Positions 20,482-30,972 of a stretch of DNA of 52,557 nt are shown in pieces. The first letter of the stretch is position 1, and each line of letters opens with the position of its first letter. Source of the DNA: Candidatus Bathyarchaeota archaeon BA2. GTDB taxonomy: Archaea; Thermoproteota; Bathyarchaeia; Bathyarchaeales; Bathyarchaeaceae. Below the pieces are notes generated by a model. It did no database searches, was not told the origin of the DNA, and worked only from the letters and a program-made list of their open reading frames with translations. Made by a program: the position numbers and the translations under genes. The DNA is taken from contig LIHK01000054.1 of NCBI GenBank assembly GCA_001399795.1, positions 375 to 52,931 of the forward strand, given 5' to 3'.

Positions 20482-21359
20482 TGGAGAATGTTCTTCTTCC
20501 AAAATTGGCGAAGATTGTGAAAAGTGAAAAGATGACGGCGATAGAAAGATTTCTCCAAGTGGAAGTACTGGATAAAAAGTTCGCAGAAGTGTTTGATTAC
20601 CAGCCGGGACAGTTCATAGAAGTCAGCATTATGGGTGTGGGAGAAGCCCCAATTTCTACATGCTCCATACGAACCAAAAAGGGCGTCATAGATTTATGCG
20701 TCAGAAACGTGGGGCGAGTCACCAACGCAATTCACCACCTGAACATAGGATCATTAATTGGAATAAGAGGACCCTACGGAAACGGATTTCCAATGGAGGA
20801 AATGGAGGGAAGCAATCTACTGCTGGTAGCTGGAGGCTTAGGAGTCGCGCCCCTCCGATCTGTTCTTCAATACGCTCTAAAAAACAGAGCGAAATACAAG
20901 GACATAACCGTCTTCTACGGTATCAGAACTTATGACACCATGTTGTTCAGAGACGAATTCTATAATCTTCTCGCGGAAGGCGACAAGTTAGGTTGCAAAT
21001 TTTACCTATCTTATGAAGACTCGAAAGATAAACAATGTATTTCATTAGAAGCAGAGCATAGTGAAAGATGCATGTGCGGGGTCGTAACCAAGTTGTTTGA
21101 AAGAATAAAATTGTCTCCCGAAGATACGTATGCCATAATCTGCGGTCCCCCCATAATGTACCGATTTGTCGTGCAAGAACTTACAAAGAAGCAAGTTCCC
21201 CCAGAGAAAATATACATGACCCTTGAAAGAAGAATGAAGTGCGGAATAGGAAAATGCGGCCACTGCATAATCGGCGACGGAACATCCATAAAGTACGTCT
21301 GCAAAGACGGACCAGTGTTTACCTACTGGGACGCCCTTCATACGAAAGGCATGATCTAG
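20478..21359 (+). CDS. hydG: Group 3b hydrogenase gamma subunit (FAD/NAD(P)-binding, 2Fe-2S)
   Basis: PGQF, RGPYGNGF, AGGLGVAP, CGPPIM and ERRMKCGIGKCGHC...VCKDGPVF. Confidence 0.92.
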   Translation: MMENVLLPKLAKIVKSEKMTAIERFLQVEVLDKKFAEVFDYQPGQFIEVSIMGVGEAPISTCSIRTKKGVIDLCVRNVGRVTNAIHHLNIGSLIGIRGPYGNGFPMEEMEGSNLLLVAGGLGVAPLRSVLQYALKNRAKYKDITVFYGIRTYDTMLFRDEFYNLLAEGDKLGCKFYLSYEDSKDKQCISLEAEHSERCMCGVVTKLFERIKLSPEDTYAIICGPPIMYRFVVQELTKKQVPPEKIYMTLERRMKCGIGKCGHCIIGDGTSIKYVCKDGPVFTYWDALHTKGMI

Positions 21360-21371
21360 GAGGCACATAAC

Positions 21372-22172
21372 ATAGCAAAACCAAAAATCGGTATTTACGG
21401 TCTAACTGGCTGCGCTGGCGACCAGTTGATGATTTTGAACCTTGAAGATGAATTGCTGGATCTACTGAGTAATTTGGACGTAAAATCTTTCATCATGGCA
21501 AGTAGTGCTCATGAGGAAACCGACTTGGATGTAGCATTTGTTGAGGGTTCTGTCAGTACCGAAGAAGGTTTGGAACGTCTGAAGGACATAAGAAAGAGAA
21601 GCAAGATACTAATCGCCATAGGAGACTGCGCGGTATGGGGATGCGTTCAAGCCATGAGAAACCAAGAGATGAGTATGAAAGAAAGGATGAGGAAAGTATA
21701 CGATAAAGAAGAAAACTTTTATGATGTGCTTGAGCCAAAAGGCCTTTCAGCCTATGTAGATGTCGATCTGGAGATACCAGGTTGCCCCATTGACAAAATT
21801 GAGTTTCTTAATGCTGTTCTTTCGCTACTGCACGGTGACTTACCAGAAGTAAAAGATTATCCAGTGTGCGTTGAATGTAAGCTCAACGAGTACCAATGTC
21901 TACTTGTAGAAAAGGGGATGCCCTGTCTAGGACCAATAATAGTTGCAGGTTGCAACGCATTATGCCCAGGATTAGGAGTAGACTGTATTGGGTGTAGAGG
22001 GCCTATCAGGGATGAAACAAATGCCGCAGAGGAGTTAAATGTTCTAAAAGAGAAGGGCTACGACGAAAAATACATTAAGAACAGACTGAAGTTTTTCGGA
22101 GCAAACTTTGGTGAAATAGCCAAATTATCCAAAATGCTAGAGAAAAAACAACCGGGAAAAGGAGGTAAGTGA
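21372..22172 (+). CDS. hydD: Group 3b hydrogenase small (delta) subunit; probable non-canonical ATA start
   Basis: The frame extends upstream of the listed TTG (21426) to (I/M)AKPKIGIYGLTGCAGDQL, which holds the first cluster ligand; GGAGG at 21359-21363. Also GDCAVWG, IPGCP and CIGCRG. Confidence 0.88.
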   Translation: MAKPKIGIYGLTGCAGDQLMILNLEDELLDLLSNLDVKSFIMASSAHEETDLDVAFVEGSVSTEEGLERLKDIRKRSKILIAIGDCAVWGCVQAMRNQEMSMKERMRKVYDKEENFYDVLEPKGLSAYVDVDLEIPGCPIDKIEFLNAVLSLLHGDLPEVKDYPVCVECKLNEYQCLLVEKGMPCLGPIIVAGCNALCPGLGVDCIGCRGPIRDETNAAEELNVLKEKGYDEKYIKNRLKFFGANFGEIAKLSKMLEKKQPGKGGK

Positions 22173-22175
22173 AAA

Positions 22176-23465
22176 ATGAGTAGAGAAATAGTAGTAGAAC
22201 ATCTGGCCAGAGTTGAAGGCCACGGAAGAATAGAGGTCACGGTTGAAGGTGAAAAAGTAAAAGATGTCAAGATGGGAATTCTTGAAGGCCCAAGATTCTT
22301 TGAGGCATTCATTGAAGGCGTAAAGTACGACAAGGTTCCAGATGTAATGAGAAGAATCTGCGCAATATGCACCGCCGCCCATAGCCTTGCTTCCATTCGC
22401 GCTATTGAGAAGGCTTTCAAAGTCGAAGTTACCCCCCAGACAAAGTTGCTGAGGGACCTCCTCATACATGGAGAGATGATTGAAAGCCACGCATTACATG
22501 TGTTCATGCTCGCGCTTCCAGATTACTTAGGATATCCAGATGCAATAAGCATGGTTGACAAGTATGCCAAGGAAGTGAAGGCGGCGCTCCAACTAAAAAA
22601 AGCGGGAAACATGGTCCACATCCTTTTAAGTGGAAGAGAAGTCCACGGCATGAATGAACGCGTAGGAGGAATTTCAACCATACCCGAAGAGCAAGACCTG
22701 CTCGCAATCAGGAAAGCCATGGAAGGCTCCAAAGCAACAGCTGAACTTGCGGTAAAACTGTTCACAACCATAGATGTCCCTGATTTTGCACAATCCGAAA
22801 ATGCTCTCATGGCGTTGGATCCGGGAAAGAAATTTGGATATATCGGCGATTACGTGCTGATTTCCAATGGAGAAAGGAGAAGAGTTGAAGAGTACAGAGA
22901 ACTGACAAATGAAAAAGTGGTGAAGCACGCCCACGCAAAGCACTCTTCCTACAAGGATTCTCCCTTCATGGTTGGAGCCCTTCCCAGAATTTGTCTTTGC
23001 AAAGACAAACTCTACGGAACAGCTAAGGAGCTGTTTAAAGAGTATGAAGACAAACTGGATCACAGAAATTCTCTAAACAATAACCTAGCCCAAGCAATAG
23101 AGCTCGTCCACAGCGTAGACAGATGCATCGAAGACATAGACGAGCTTTTGAGCAACGGCCTCGAAAAAGAGGGGCTGGTGGAAATTGAGCCAAGAGAAAG
23201 CTCCGCAGTCGGCGCCGTAGAGGCTCCGAGGGGAATTCTCTACCACAACTATTCCTTCGATGAGAACGGTTGCATAACTAAAGCCAACGTGATAACGCCC
23301 ACAGCTATGAACTGCGCCAACATAGAGAAGGACTGTAGAGTTGCTGTTGAAAGGCTGGTCGCTGAGGGAAAGAAGAATTTAGAAGAGCCCTTGGAGCTAA
23401 TTGCAAGGGCCTACGATCCTTGCATATCCTGCTCGGTGCACCTAGTTAAAGTAAAGTTTCTTTAG
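22176..23465 (+). CDS. hydA: Group 3b [NiFe]-hydrogenase large subunit
   Basis: ARVEGHG, L1 RICAICTAAH, L2 YDPCISCSVH with a 7-aa cleavable tail. Confidence 0.95.
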   Translation: MSREIVVEHLARVEGHGRIEVTVEGEKVKDVKMGILEGPRFFEAFIEGVKYDKVPDVMRRICAICTAAHSLASIRAIEKAFKVEVTPQTKLLRDLLIHGEMIESHALHVFMLALPDYLGYPDAISMVDKYAKEVKAALQLKKAGNMVHILLSGREVHGMNERVGGISTIPEEQDLLAIRKAMEGSKATAELAVKLFTTIDVPDFAQSENALMALDPGKKFGYIGDYVLISNGERRRVEEYRELTNEKVVKHAHAKHSSYKDSPFMVGALPRICLCKDKLYGTAKELFKEYEDKLDHRNSLNNNLAQAIELVHSVDRCIEDIDELLSNGLEKEGLVEIEPRESSAVGAVEAPRGILYHNYSFDENGCITKANVITPTAMNCANIEKDCRVAVERLVAEGKKNLEEPLELIARAYDPCISCSVHLVKVKFL

Positions 23466-23673
23466 AAGGGCTTCAGACAGACCGTAAACACGAGGTTAGC
23501 GGTAGTCTACATTGCCTTCATAATTTATGATTAGCGAAGCACATCCATGGTTATGCAGAAAGGAAACAATCTGTTATGTGTTAGCCAAAACGTATGTTAG
23601 GTAGCCTTCTTTCTCTCCAACGACTTTAACCTTACGAAACAACCTGAGGCTTTCAAGGCATATCGCGCGTGTG

Positions 23674-25128
23674 TCACCTTTTCAAGGTTTTCAGCAACTT
23701 TTTGTTGTGGCTGTATATTTTCACTTCGAGGGGCATTTGACCTATTGCGAAGTGGGTTGCGCAGGCCCAGCATGGGTCATAGGCTCTGAAGGCCATCTCC
23801 ACCATGTTCAATATTCCCTGGCTCACTTCTCCGCCGTGTATAAGGCCTTTGGCTGCGTCTCTTATGGACATGCATATGGCGGAAGAGTTGTTTGTTGTAG
23901 CCACTATTAGATTGACCTTTTTTATTAGGGCGTCTTCGTCAAGTTGATAGTGATGTATCAGGGTGCCCCTGGCCGCTTCGATTATTCCGACTCCTTCTCT
24001 GGGGTTGCCTACCTCATTCCGAAGGTCTTTACTTGTTATCTCCTCGTCTCTGCTTAGTTCTAAGCATCTTTCTGCCGCGTATAGTAGTTCTATGAGTCTG
24101 GCCCAATGAAATGCAAGAGTTGAGTGTACCGGCTTTCCGCCCAGTGTTTCATACATTCTCTCATATTCTTGCTGTGCTAGAGGAGTTGCCATACCCTCTG
24201 AAGCGTTTAACCTACCGAGCGGTCCAACCCTGTAAACGCCACTTGCTGGACCGTCAACTAAGCCTTTCCATCCAACCTTTTTGAGGTACGTCAATTTCGT
24301 GTATGTCCAGTCTTCCACGCGTTCCTCGATGACATCCAAGTATTCGGAGGGGCCAAATTTCACAAACTCTTTGCCTTGAGGGTCAACCACCCTTACTTTA
24401 CCATCATAGAAGTTGACTTTGTTGTTTTGGTCAACCGTGCCCATGTAATACGTTTTGAGAGTGTACGGGGCACTCAGGATTATGTCTACGTACTTCTTGT
24501 TCTTCAACACAACATCATCAAATATTTTTAAGCTGAACTTTGCGAATTCAACGCTAGACTCCGCCATCTCTTCAATTTCCTGCCTCTCCTCCTCTGTGAG
24601 TCCTTTGGATATGCCCCCAGGTAGTCCACAGTTGGGGTGAGTTGCTTTTCCGCCAAACATGGCGGTGATTTTTTGTCCGTAGGCTCTGTGCTTTATTACC
24701 TCTTTCGCTATGTCTAAACCAACTTTTCGGATTACTCCAAGAATGTTTCTTTCCGCTGGTGGGGCATCTGGTCCAACAACAAAGTCTGGTGCCCCTAGAA
24801 AGTAGAAGTGAAGAGTGTGATCATAGACATAATAGCCACTATACATGAGTTCCCTAAGCTTTTTAGCTGCCGGAGGAGGTTCAACGTTAAATGCGGCGTC
24901 TAACGCTTTTGTTGAGGCAAAATGGTGCGCAACTGGGCAAACACCGCAGATTCTGGGCGTAATTATCGGTAAATCCTCGGCCCTTCTACCCTCGCAGAAC
25001 CTCTCAAACCCTCTCAGCTCTGGAACTTGGAAGTAAGCGTTCTCTACGTTTCCATCCTCATTTAGGAATATGGATATTTTTCCATGGCCCTCTAGTCTAG
25101 TGATGGGGTCTATGGTTATTGTTTTCAT
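23674..25128 (-). CDS. mvhA: Group 3c (Mvh) [NiFe]-hydrogenase large subunit
   Basis: TRLEGHG, L1 RICGVCPVAH, L2 YDPCWACATH plus a C-terminal extension. Confidence 0.95.
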   Translation of the reverse strand: MKTITIDPITRLEGHGKISIFLNEDGNVENAYFQVPELRGFERFCEGRRAEDLPIITPRICGVCPVAHHFASTKALDAAFNVEPPPAAKKLRELMYSGYYVYDHTLHFYFLGAPDFVVGPDAPPAERNILGVIRKVGLDIAKEVIKHRAYGQKITAMFGGKATHPNCGLPGGISKGLTEEERQEIEEMAESSVEFAKFSLKIFDDVVLKNKKYVDIILSAPYTLKTYYMGTVDQNNKVNFYDGKVRVVDPQGKEFVKFGPSEYLDVIEERVEDWTYTKLTYLKKVGWKGLVDGPASGVYRVGPLGRLNASEGMATPLAQQEYERMYETLGGKPVHSTLAFHWARLIELLYAAERCLELSRDEEITSKDLRNEVGNPREGVGIIEAARGTLIHHYQLDEDALIKKVNLIVATTNNSSAICMSIRDAAKGLIHGGEVSQGILNMVEMAFRAYDPCWACATHFAIGQMPLEVKIYSHNKKLLKTLKR

Positions 25129-26111
25129 TCTTTTATGACCCTCCGTTTAAGAAGAGAAGCTGGCAACGAATACTTGTAAAAGGTTCCTAGGGGGTCTTTA
25201 ATCTGGGCAACCAGTTTTTCCGCGTCATACTCCGGCCCCCTTTCTCCACCAACTCCCAAAATTGATGAGAGGGCACTCATCATTGCTGCCCCCTGTTCCA
25301 CCTCATTTGGACATGGTCCTCCACATCCTGTGCATGGCATATTTGCGCTGACACACTGGGTCTCGCAGCCGCCACGAGTCGCAGGTCCCATACAGATTAT
25401 TCCTTGTTCCAGAAGGCATCTTTCTGGTTCTGGAGTAATCTCGTAGACTCTGTATATCTTGGAAATTTTCTTGTCTTCTTTTTTCCTAGGACATTCATCG
25501 CAGACAGACTTCACGGGAGCAAGCACAGAACCTTTCGGAGGCAACTCATTTTTAGCAATTGCCTCCACTGCCTTAGCTACTTGGGCGGATGGTGGAGGGC
25601 ATCCGGGCAGGTAGTAGTCTACATCCACGGTTTGATCGAGAGTTTTCACTGTGTCAAAGAATTCTGGCAGCTTCAACTCCCCTTCCGGAACCTTGAAAGA
25701 AGTCTTGGGGGTTCCGGAATTGGGGTTATTTGTAGAGGGGGACTGAAGGTATGCCCTTTCAAAGACCTCTTTTCTATTTGCAACGTTTGCGAGACCTGGA
25801 ACGCCGCCTAATTGGGCACATGAACCGAAGGCTAGTAGAACCTTAGATTTCTTTCTCAAGAGTTTGGCCATATATTCCTGTTCTTCGGTTCTAATGGCAC
25901 CGTTGAAGAAGCAGACATCTATGTATTTGTCGGGCATTGCCTCTACATCTTTATATTTGATGTCCATCGCCACTGGCCAAAAGACAATGTCAGCTATGGC
26001 AACGACATCGAGAATTTTCTCGTCTATATCCAAAACTGCGATTTCACAGCCTCCGCAGCTAGCAGCCCAGTAGAAGGCAAACTTCAGCTTTTCCTTTTCC
26101 ATAGAAATCAC
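25125..26111 (-). CDS. mvhG: Mvh hydrogenase small subunit
   Basis: WAASCGGCE, FGSCA, LPGCPP, CDECPR, CMGPATRGGC and CTGCGG; ATG at 26102 is a likely start. Confidence 0.93.
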   Translation of the reverse strand: MISMEKEKLKFAFYWAASCGGCEIAVLDIDEKILDVVAIADIVFWPVAMDIKYKDVEAMPDKYIDVCFFNGAIRTEEQEYMAKLLRKKSKVLLAFGSCAQLGGVPGLANVANRKEVFERAYLQSPSTNNPNSGTPKTSFKVPEGELKLPEFFDTVKTLDQTVDVDYYLPGCPPPSAQVAKAVEAIAKNELPPKGSVLAPVKSVCDECPRKKEDKKISKIYRVYEITPEPERCLLEQGIICMGPATRGGCETQCVSANMPCTGCGGPCPNEVEQGAAMMSALSSILGVGGERGPEYDAEKLVAQIKDPLGTFYKYSLPASLLKRRVIKE

Positions 26112-26983
26112 AGGAGACTCACAAGTTCAGAGGCGTCGACCCTAAGGTCTTTAAAGGCTAATTCATCGGGGCTCATGCCCATAGCTAGCCCCAATAGCTG
26201 TGAATAGTGAAGCACGGGGATGCGGAATTTTTCATTGAAGGTTCTTTCTATTCTGGATTGGTTAAGGTCATACATCATGTGGCAGAACGGACACACGGTG
26301 ATCATCGCCTGTGCCCCTACCGCCCTAATGTGATCAAGTTTTTCTCTAGCCAACTGAAGTGGAATTTCAGCGTTTACACCGATTATTGGGGCGCCGCAGC
26401 ACTCCGTTTCATCCATGTAGTCCAAGCATTTTGCGCCAGTTACTTTGATTAGGGTTTTGAGAGCTGTGGGGTTTTCCGGGTCATCAAAGCCTACGACCTT
26501 TCCGGGACGAATGACGTGGCATCCGGTATGCTGCGCTACGCGGAGCTGAGTGAGCGGCTTTTGAACGTTATCCTTTATCTTTTCAAAGCCAACGTCTTTC
26601 GCGAGCACGTAGATAAGATGTTTAACAGTTATTGTCCCCTTGAATTCCATGCCTATTTCCTTTAAGTATCCATTAACCCTCTCCCTGAGTTTCCTATCTT
26701 CCTTGAGTTCTTTGTTTACGTGGTTTAGGGTACCGAAACATCCGTTGCATAATGCCACGATATTTAGGTTTTGTTGCTCTGCCAAACAGAGGTTTCGCGC
26801 CGCTAGGGTGAGCATCATGTCGTGGTTTACTGGATCCAGTGGTAATCCACAGCAATTAAACTCCGGCATTTCCACTACTTCTACTCCAAGTTTGTCGAGG
26901 ACTTTTCTTGTGGAAATCTCGTAACTGGAGATTCTGTACGGGATAACGCATCCCATAAAGAGTAAGTACTTTAGCTCCGGCAT
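26108..26983 (-). CDS. hdrB: Heterodisulfide reductase subunit B
   Basis: Two CCG domains (GC...CCG...CNGC; GCH...CCG...CPFCH). Confidence 0.93.
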   Translation of the reverse strand: MPELKYLLFMGCVIPYRISSYEISTRKVLDKLGVEVVEMPEFNCCGLPLDPVNHDMMLTLAARNLCLAEQQNLNIVALCNGCFGTLNHVNKELKEDRKLRERVNGYLKEIGMEFKGTITVKHLIYVLAKDVGFEKIKDNVQKPLTQLRVAQHTGCHVIRPGKVVGFDDPENPTALKTLIKVTGAKCLDYMDETECCGAPIIGVNAEIPLQLAREKLDHIRAVGAQAMITVCPFCHMMYDLNQSRIERTFNEKFRIPVLHYSQLLGLAMGMSPDELAFKDLRVDASELVSLL

Positions 26984-27535
26984 TTAGGTTCCCACCTTTT
27001 CAAGTATCTTGGAAAGACCTGTGATGTCGAAAAGTTTTGCAACGTTTTCCAGGTTAGCTTTTGGGAGGAGGGGCAGCCCTTCCTCTGCCCTCTTTTTGAG
27101 GCGCAGTTCCGGAATCATGTATGCGTAGCCTGTTTTTAGAATGTTAGAAGCCAACTCTTTAAAGACGACAGGCATATCCCTTTCTCTCACAGATAGGTTT
27201 CGAAGAGCCCGTATAATGTCGGCGATTCCCACGTCTTGCGGACAATGGTCGATGCATGTAAAGCAGGTAGAACAGAGCCAGATGACGTCGCTTGAAAGAA
27301 GTCTGTCTTTCAGACCTAGTTGCGTCATTCGGATGAGTTTTCTGGGTCTGTAGAAGTCGCTGAATCGCGCGATGGGGCAGTCAGCTGTGCAGGTGCCGCA
27401 TTGGAAGCACAGCATGACCTTTTCTGCGCCGGGAATTTTGCTGATCTCGTATTTGAATCTGGGATCTACATCGGTGATTTTGAGCACCATTCTTTGTTCA
27501 GTTTCCTTAGCTTCTCCTTTTTCAGTCTCAGCCAT
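26984..27535 (-). CDS. hdrC: Heterodisulfide reductase subunit C
   Basis: CFQCGTCTADCP and WLCSTCFTCIDHCPQ. Confidence 0.93.
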   Translation of the reverse strand: MAETEKGEAKETEQRMVLKITDVDPRFKYEISKIPGAEKVMLCFQCGTCTADCPIARFSDFYRPRKLIRMTQLGLKDRLLSSDVIWLCSTCFTCIDHCPQDVGIADIIRALRNLSVRERDMPVVFKELASNILKTGYAYMIPELRLKKRAEEGLPLLPKANLENVAKLFDITGLSKILEKVGT

Positions 27536-27965
27536 AGATTAAACCCTCCACTTGCACCTTCAATGGGCTTGGTCCAAGTTTCTTTATTTCCTCCGTCATA
27601 TCCTTAATAACTGTTGCGAATTTATCTCCTTCCGACGCAGAGACCCATTCTATCCTAAGCCTTTCGGGCTCGATACCAAACTGGAGTAAAAGCTTCTTCA
27701 ACATCATGATCCTTCGATGTGCTTTGAAATTGCCTGAGATGTAGTGGCAGTCGGATGGGAGGTGGCATCCAGCGACCAGAACCCCGTCTGCTCCGCTTCT
27801 AAATGCTTCGAGGATGAAAACTGGGTCCACCCTTCCACTGCACATCACCCGCACGATCCTGATGTTTGGAGGATACTGAATCCGGCTTACGCCAGCTAGG
27901 TCCGCCCCTGCATACGCGCACCAGTTGCACAGGAAACCAACGATTTTTGGCTCAAACTCAGTCAT
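27528..27965 (-). CDS. mvhD: MvhD [2Fe-2S] subunit
   Basis: FLCNWCAYAGAD, RVMCSGRV, GCHLPSDCHY and WVSASEG. Confidence 0.95.
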   Translation of the reverse strand: MTEFEPKIVGFLCNWCAYAGADLAGVSRIQYPPNIRIVRVMCSGRVDPVFILEAFRSGADGVLVAGCHLPSDCHYISGNFKAHRRIMMLKKLLLQFGIEPERLRIEWVSASEGDKFATVIKDMTEEIKKLGPSPLKVQVEGLIYG

Positions 27966-30900
27966 GTTTCTTCTCCCTCAACGCTGCTCTGACTTGAGCA
28001 AGTATTTCATCATCTGTGAAATGAAGCATGCTTATAGCTCCTGTGGGACAGGAGGAACCGCAAACACCGCAACCTTTGCACAGAGCCTCAAGAACAGTTG
28101 ACACCAACTTTCCGTCTTTCCCTTCCATTTTGATGGCGCCGTACTCGCAAAGGGCTTCGCAGATTCTGCACCCGCTGCACAAGTCTTCGTTGACGCTCGC
28201 GATAGCCCCCTCCACTTCTAAAGCCTTTTTGGAGAGAATTGTGATTGCGCGAGCCGCGGCTCCACACGCTTGCGAAATACTTTCTTCAATTAGCTTCGGT
28301 GAATGCGCCAACCCGCATAGAAACACGCCTTCAGTCGCGAAATCAATAGGGCGAAGCTTCATGTGAGCCTCCAAGAAAAATCCGTCCTTGGTGAGGGGAA
28401 CCTTCAACATTTCTGATATTCTTTGGTTGTCAGGATTTGGAATTGTAGCTGCGCTCAGCACCAAGAGATCTGGCTCGATTGGGAGCCATGTTTTTAAAAC
28501 GGGCTCCATTGCCAAAACTTTGAGGGGCCCATTTTCTCTTGAAACCCTAGGTTTGTTTTCATCGTCATATCGTATGAACAAAATCCCTCTACTCGCAGCC
28601 TCACGGTAATAGTCCTCATTTAACCCGTATGTTCTTACATCCTTATAAAAAACGTAAACATCTGTTTCCGAGCTTAATTCCTTAATTTTCAATGCGTTTT
28701 TAACAGCTTGTACGCAGCATATTCGTGAACAGTTGGGACGTTCCTCATTTCTTGATCCGACGCATTGTATCATCGCCACCGTCTTCGCGTTGAACTCGCC
28801 CTTAGCCAGTCTTTCCTCCAGTTCACGCTGCGTCAACACTCTTTCATCTTCCTTATACAGATATTCAGTTGGCTTATATTCAATGGCTCCAGTTGCCACT
28901 ATTACGATACCGTGGTCGATCTCCTTTTTTTCACCGTTGTGGTTCAGTGTAGTTTTGAAGTTTCCGACGTATCCCTCTATGTTGGCAATTTCCGCGCCTA
29001 GATAAACATGAATCTTCTCGTTTTCAGAAACTTCTTTAACAATCGAGCTTAGCCGCTCCTGTGGGTCTTCACTTCCCAGCACATAATGGATGTGGCGCAG
29101 GTTCCCTCCAAGCTCCTTCTCCTTTTCCACCAAGTGAACATCAAAGCCTTGTTTCGCCAGTTCCAACGCAGCAGTCATGCCGGATAAGCCACCGCCTATG
29201 ACTAAGCCCACGGGAACAACATTAATCATGGGCTTTTTCAGGGGTTTCAACAAGCGAGCCTTGGCCACAATCGACCTTACCAAGTCTTTAGCCTTCTCTG
29301 TTGCTTTCTCGTGCTCGTGCATGTGCACCCACGAGCATTGGTCCCGGATGTTGGACATCTCGAAGAGGTAGATGTTGAGCCCGGCCTCTCGTATGGTCTC
29401 TCTGAAGAGGGGCTCGTGGGTTCTCGGGGTGCACGAAGCCACGACTACACGGTTTAGGTTGTGCTCCTTGATCTTCTCCCGTATCCTCTTCTGCGTGTCT
29501 TGCGAGCACGTGTAGAGGTTTTCCTCTGCGTACACGACGTTTGGCAGAGTCTTAACGTACTCCACGATCTCTGGCACGTTCACTACTCCGCCGATGTTGA
29601 TGCCGCAGTGACAGATGAACGCTCCGATGCGGGGTTCTTCACCGGACACGTCTATCTCTGACGGAAGCTCCTTTATGACCGTGAGTTTACCCCTCTCCGT
29701 GGCGATGATGCTAGCAGCCTTCGCCGCGGCTCCGCTCGCTTGAGCCACGCTTTCCGGTATGTCCTTGGGGGCGGCAAATGTGCCGCAGACGTAGATTCCT
29801 GGTCTGGAGGTTTCTAGGGGTGAGAAAGTTTCGGTAGAGCAGAAGTTATACTTGTTGAGTTTGATGCCGAATGCTTTGGCGAGTCCCTCGACCCCCTTGG
29901 GCGGTCTCATACCCACCGACAGAACTACGAGGTCGAATTCTTCGTCTTTCGGCTCCTCCTCCACCACATGTCTCACGATAAGATTTTGTGACTCCGGAAC
30001 CTCCTCCACGCGAGAAACCCTGGATCGGACAAACCTTACCCCGTACTCTTCCTCAGCCCGACTGTAATAAGCGTCAAACTCTTTCCCGAAGGCGCGCATG
30101 TCCATGAAGAAAATGGTGCATTGGAGGTCTGGATTGTGCTCCTTGGCTATGATTGACTCCTTGATGGCGTACATGCAGCAAGCGAAGGAGCAGTAGTTGT
30201 TTCCGAGCTTGGCGTCTCGTGAACCAACGCATTGGATAAAGGCTACTCTTCGTGGGACTTCGCCGTCAGAAGGTCTTAAAACCATTCCGCCGTAGGGTCC
30301 TGAGGCGCTTAGAATGCGCTCAAACTCGATGCTGGAGATCACGTTTGGATATCGGCCGTAACCGTACTCGCTCTTGAGGCTGGGGTCAAACTCCTCGAAA
30401 CCCGGCGCTAGGACGATTGATCCAACGTTTAGTACGATTTCTTTCTCCTCTTCATCGTATTCGATTGCGCCTGCCTTACAAACCTCTTGGCATGTTCCGC
30501 ACCCAATACATTTGTCTCTGTCGATAGCGAAGACCAAGGGAACCGCTTGTGGATACTTGACGTAAATTGCGCATCTTTCACTTAGACCCTGATTGAATTC
30601 GTCTATTGCCTCAACAGGGCACTTCTGAGCGCATACGCCACAACCAGTGCACTTCTCTTCATTGACACGCCTAGGCCTCCTTATCAGTTTAACTTTGAAG
30701 TTTCCCTCTTCACCCTCGACGCTCCTTATCTCCCCACCCATCACCAGCTCAATGTTAGGATGCCTTCCAGCGGTAACAAGTTTGGGCGCGAGAATACACA
30801 TTGCACAGTCGTTGGTTGGGAATGTTTTGTCCAGTTGGGTCATAGTGCCCCCTATGGTTGGCGATTCGTCCAGTAAGTAGACTTTAAATCCTGAGTCTGC

Positions 30901-30972
30901 TAGATCGAGGGACGCTTGTATTCCTGCTATTCCGCCGCCGACGACTAGTACGGCTCCTACCTTGTCTTTCAT
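27958..30972 (-). CDS. hdrA: Large double-module HdrA-family flavoprotein (1004 aa)
   Basis: Two FAD motifs (GGGIAG, GGGLSG), KTFPTNDC, an inserted ferredoxin, two CVGSR...CSxxCC motifs, an internal CHCGINI domain and a C-terminal 2x[4Fe-4S]. Confidence 0.92.
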   Translation of the reverse strand: MKDKVGAVLVVGGGIAGIQASLDLADSGFKVYLLDESPTIGGTMTQLDKTFPTNDCAMCILAPKLVTAGRHPNIELVMGGEIRSVEGEEGNFKVKLIRRPRRVNEEKCTGCGVCAQKCPVEAIDEFNQGLSERCAIYVKYPQAVPLVFAIDRDKCIGCGTCQEVCKAGAIEYDEEEKEIVLNVGSIVLAPGFEEFDPSLKSEYGYGRYPNVISSIEFERILSASGPYGGMVLRPSDGEVPRRVAFIQCVGSRDAKLGNNYCSFACCMYAIKESIIAKEHNPDLQCTIFFMDMRAFGKEFDAYYSRAEEEYGVRFVRSRVSRVEEVPESQNLIVRHVVEEEPKDEEFDLVVLSVGMRPPKGVEGLAKAFGIKLNKYNFCSTETFSPLETSRPGIYVCGTFAAPKDIPESVAQASGAAAKAASIIATERGKLTVIKELPSEIDVSGEEPRIGAFICHCGINIGGVVNVPEIVEYVKTLPNVVYAEENLYTCSQDTQKRIREKIKEHNLNRVVVASCTPRTHEPLFRETIREAGLNIYLFEMSNIRDQCSWVHMHEHEKATEKAKDLVRSIVAKARLLKPLKKPMINVVPVGLVIGGGLSGMTAALELAKQGFDVHLVEKEKELGGNLRHIHYVLGSEDPQERLSSIVKEVSENEKIHVYLGAEIANIEGYVGNFKTTLNHNGEKKEIDHGIVIVATGAIEYKPTEYLYKEDERVLTQRELEERLAKGEFNAKTVAMIQCVGSRNEERPNCSRICCVQAVKNALKIKELSSETDVYVFYKDVRTYGLNEDYYREAASRGILFIRYDDENKPRVSRENGPLKVLAMEPVLKTWLPIEPDLLVLSAATIPNPDNQRISEMLKVPLTKDGFFLEAHMKLRPIDFATEGVFLCGLAHSPKLIEESISQACGAAARAITILSKKALEVEGAIASVNEDLCSGCRICEALCEYGAIKMEGKDGKLVSTVLEALCKGCGVCGSSCPTGAISMLHFTDDEILAQVRAALREKKHD

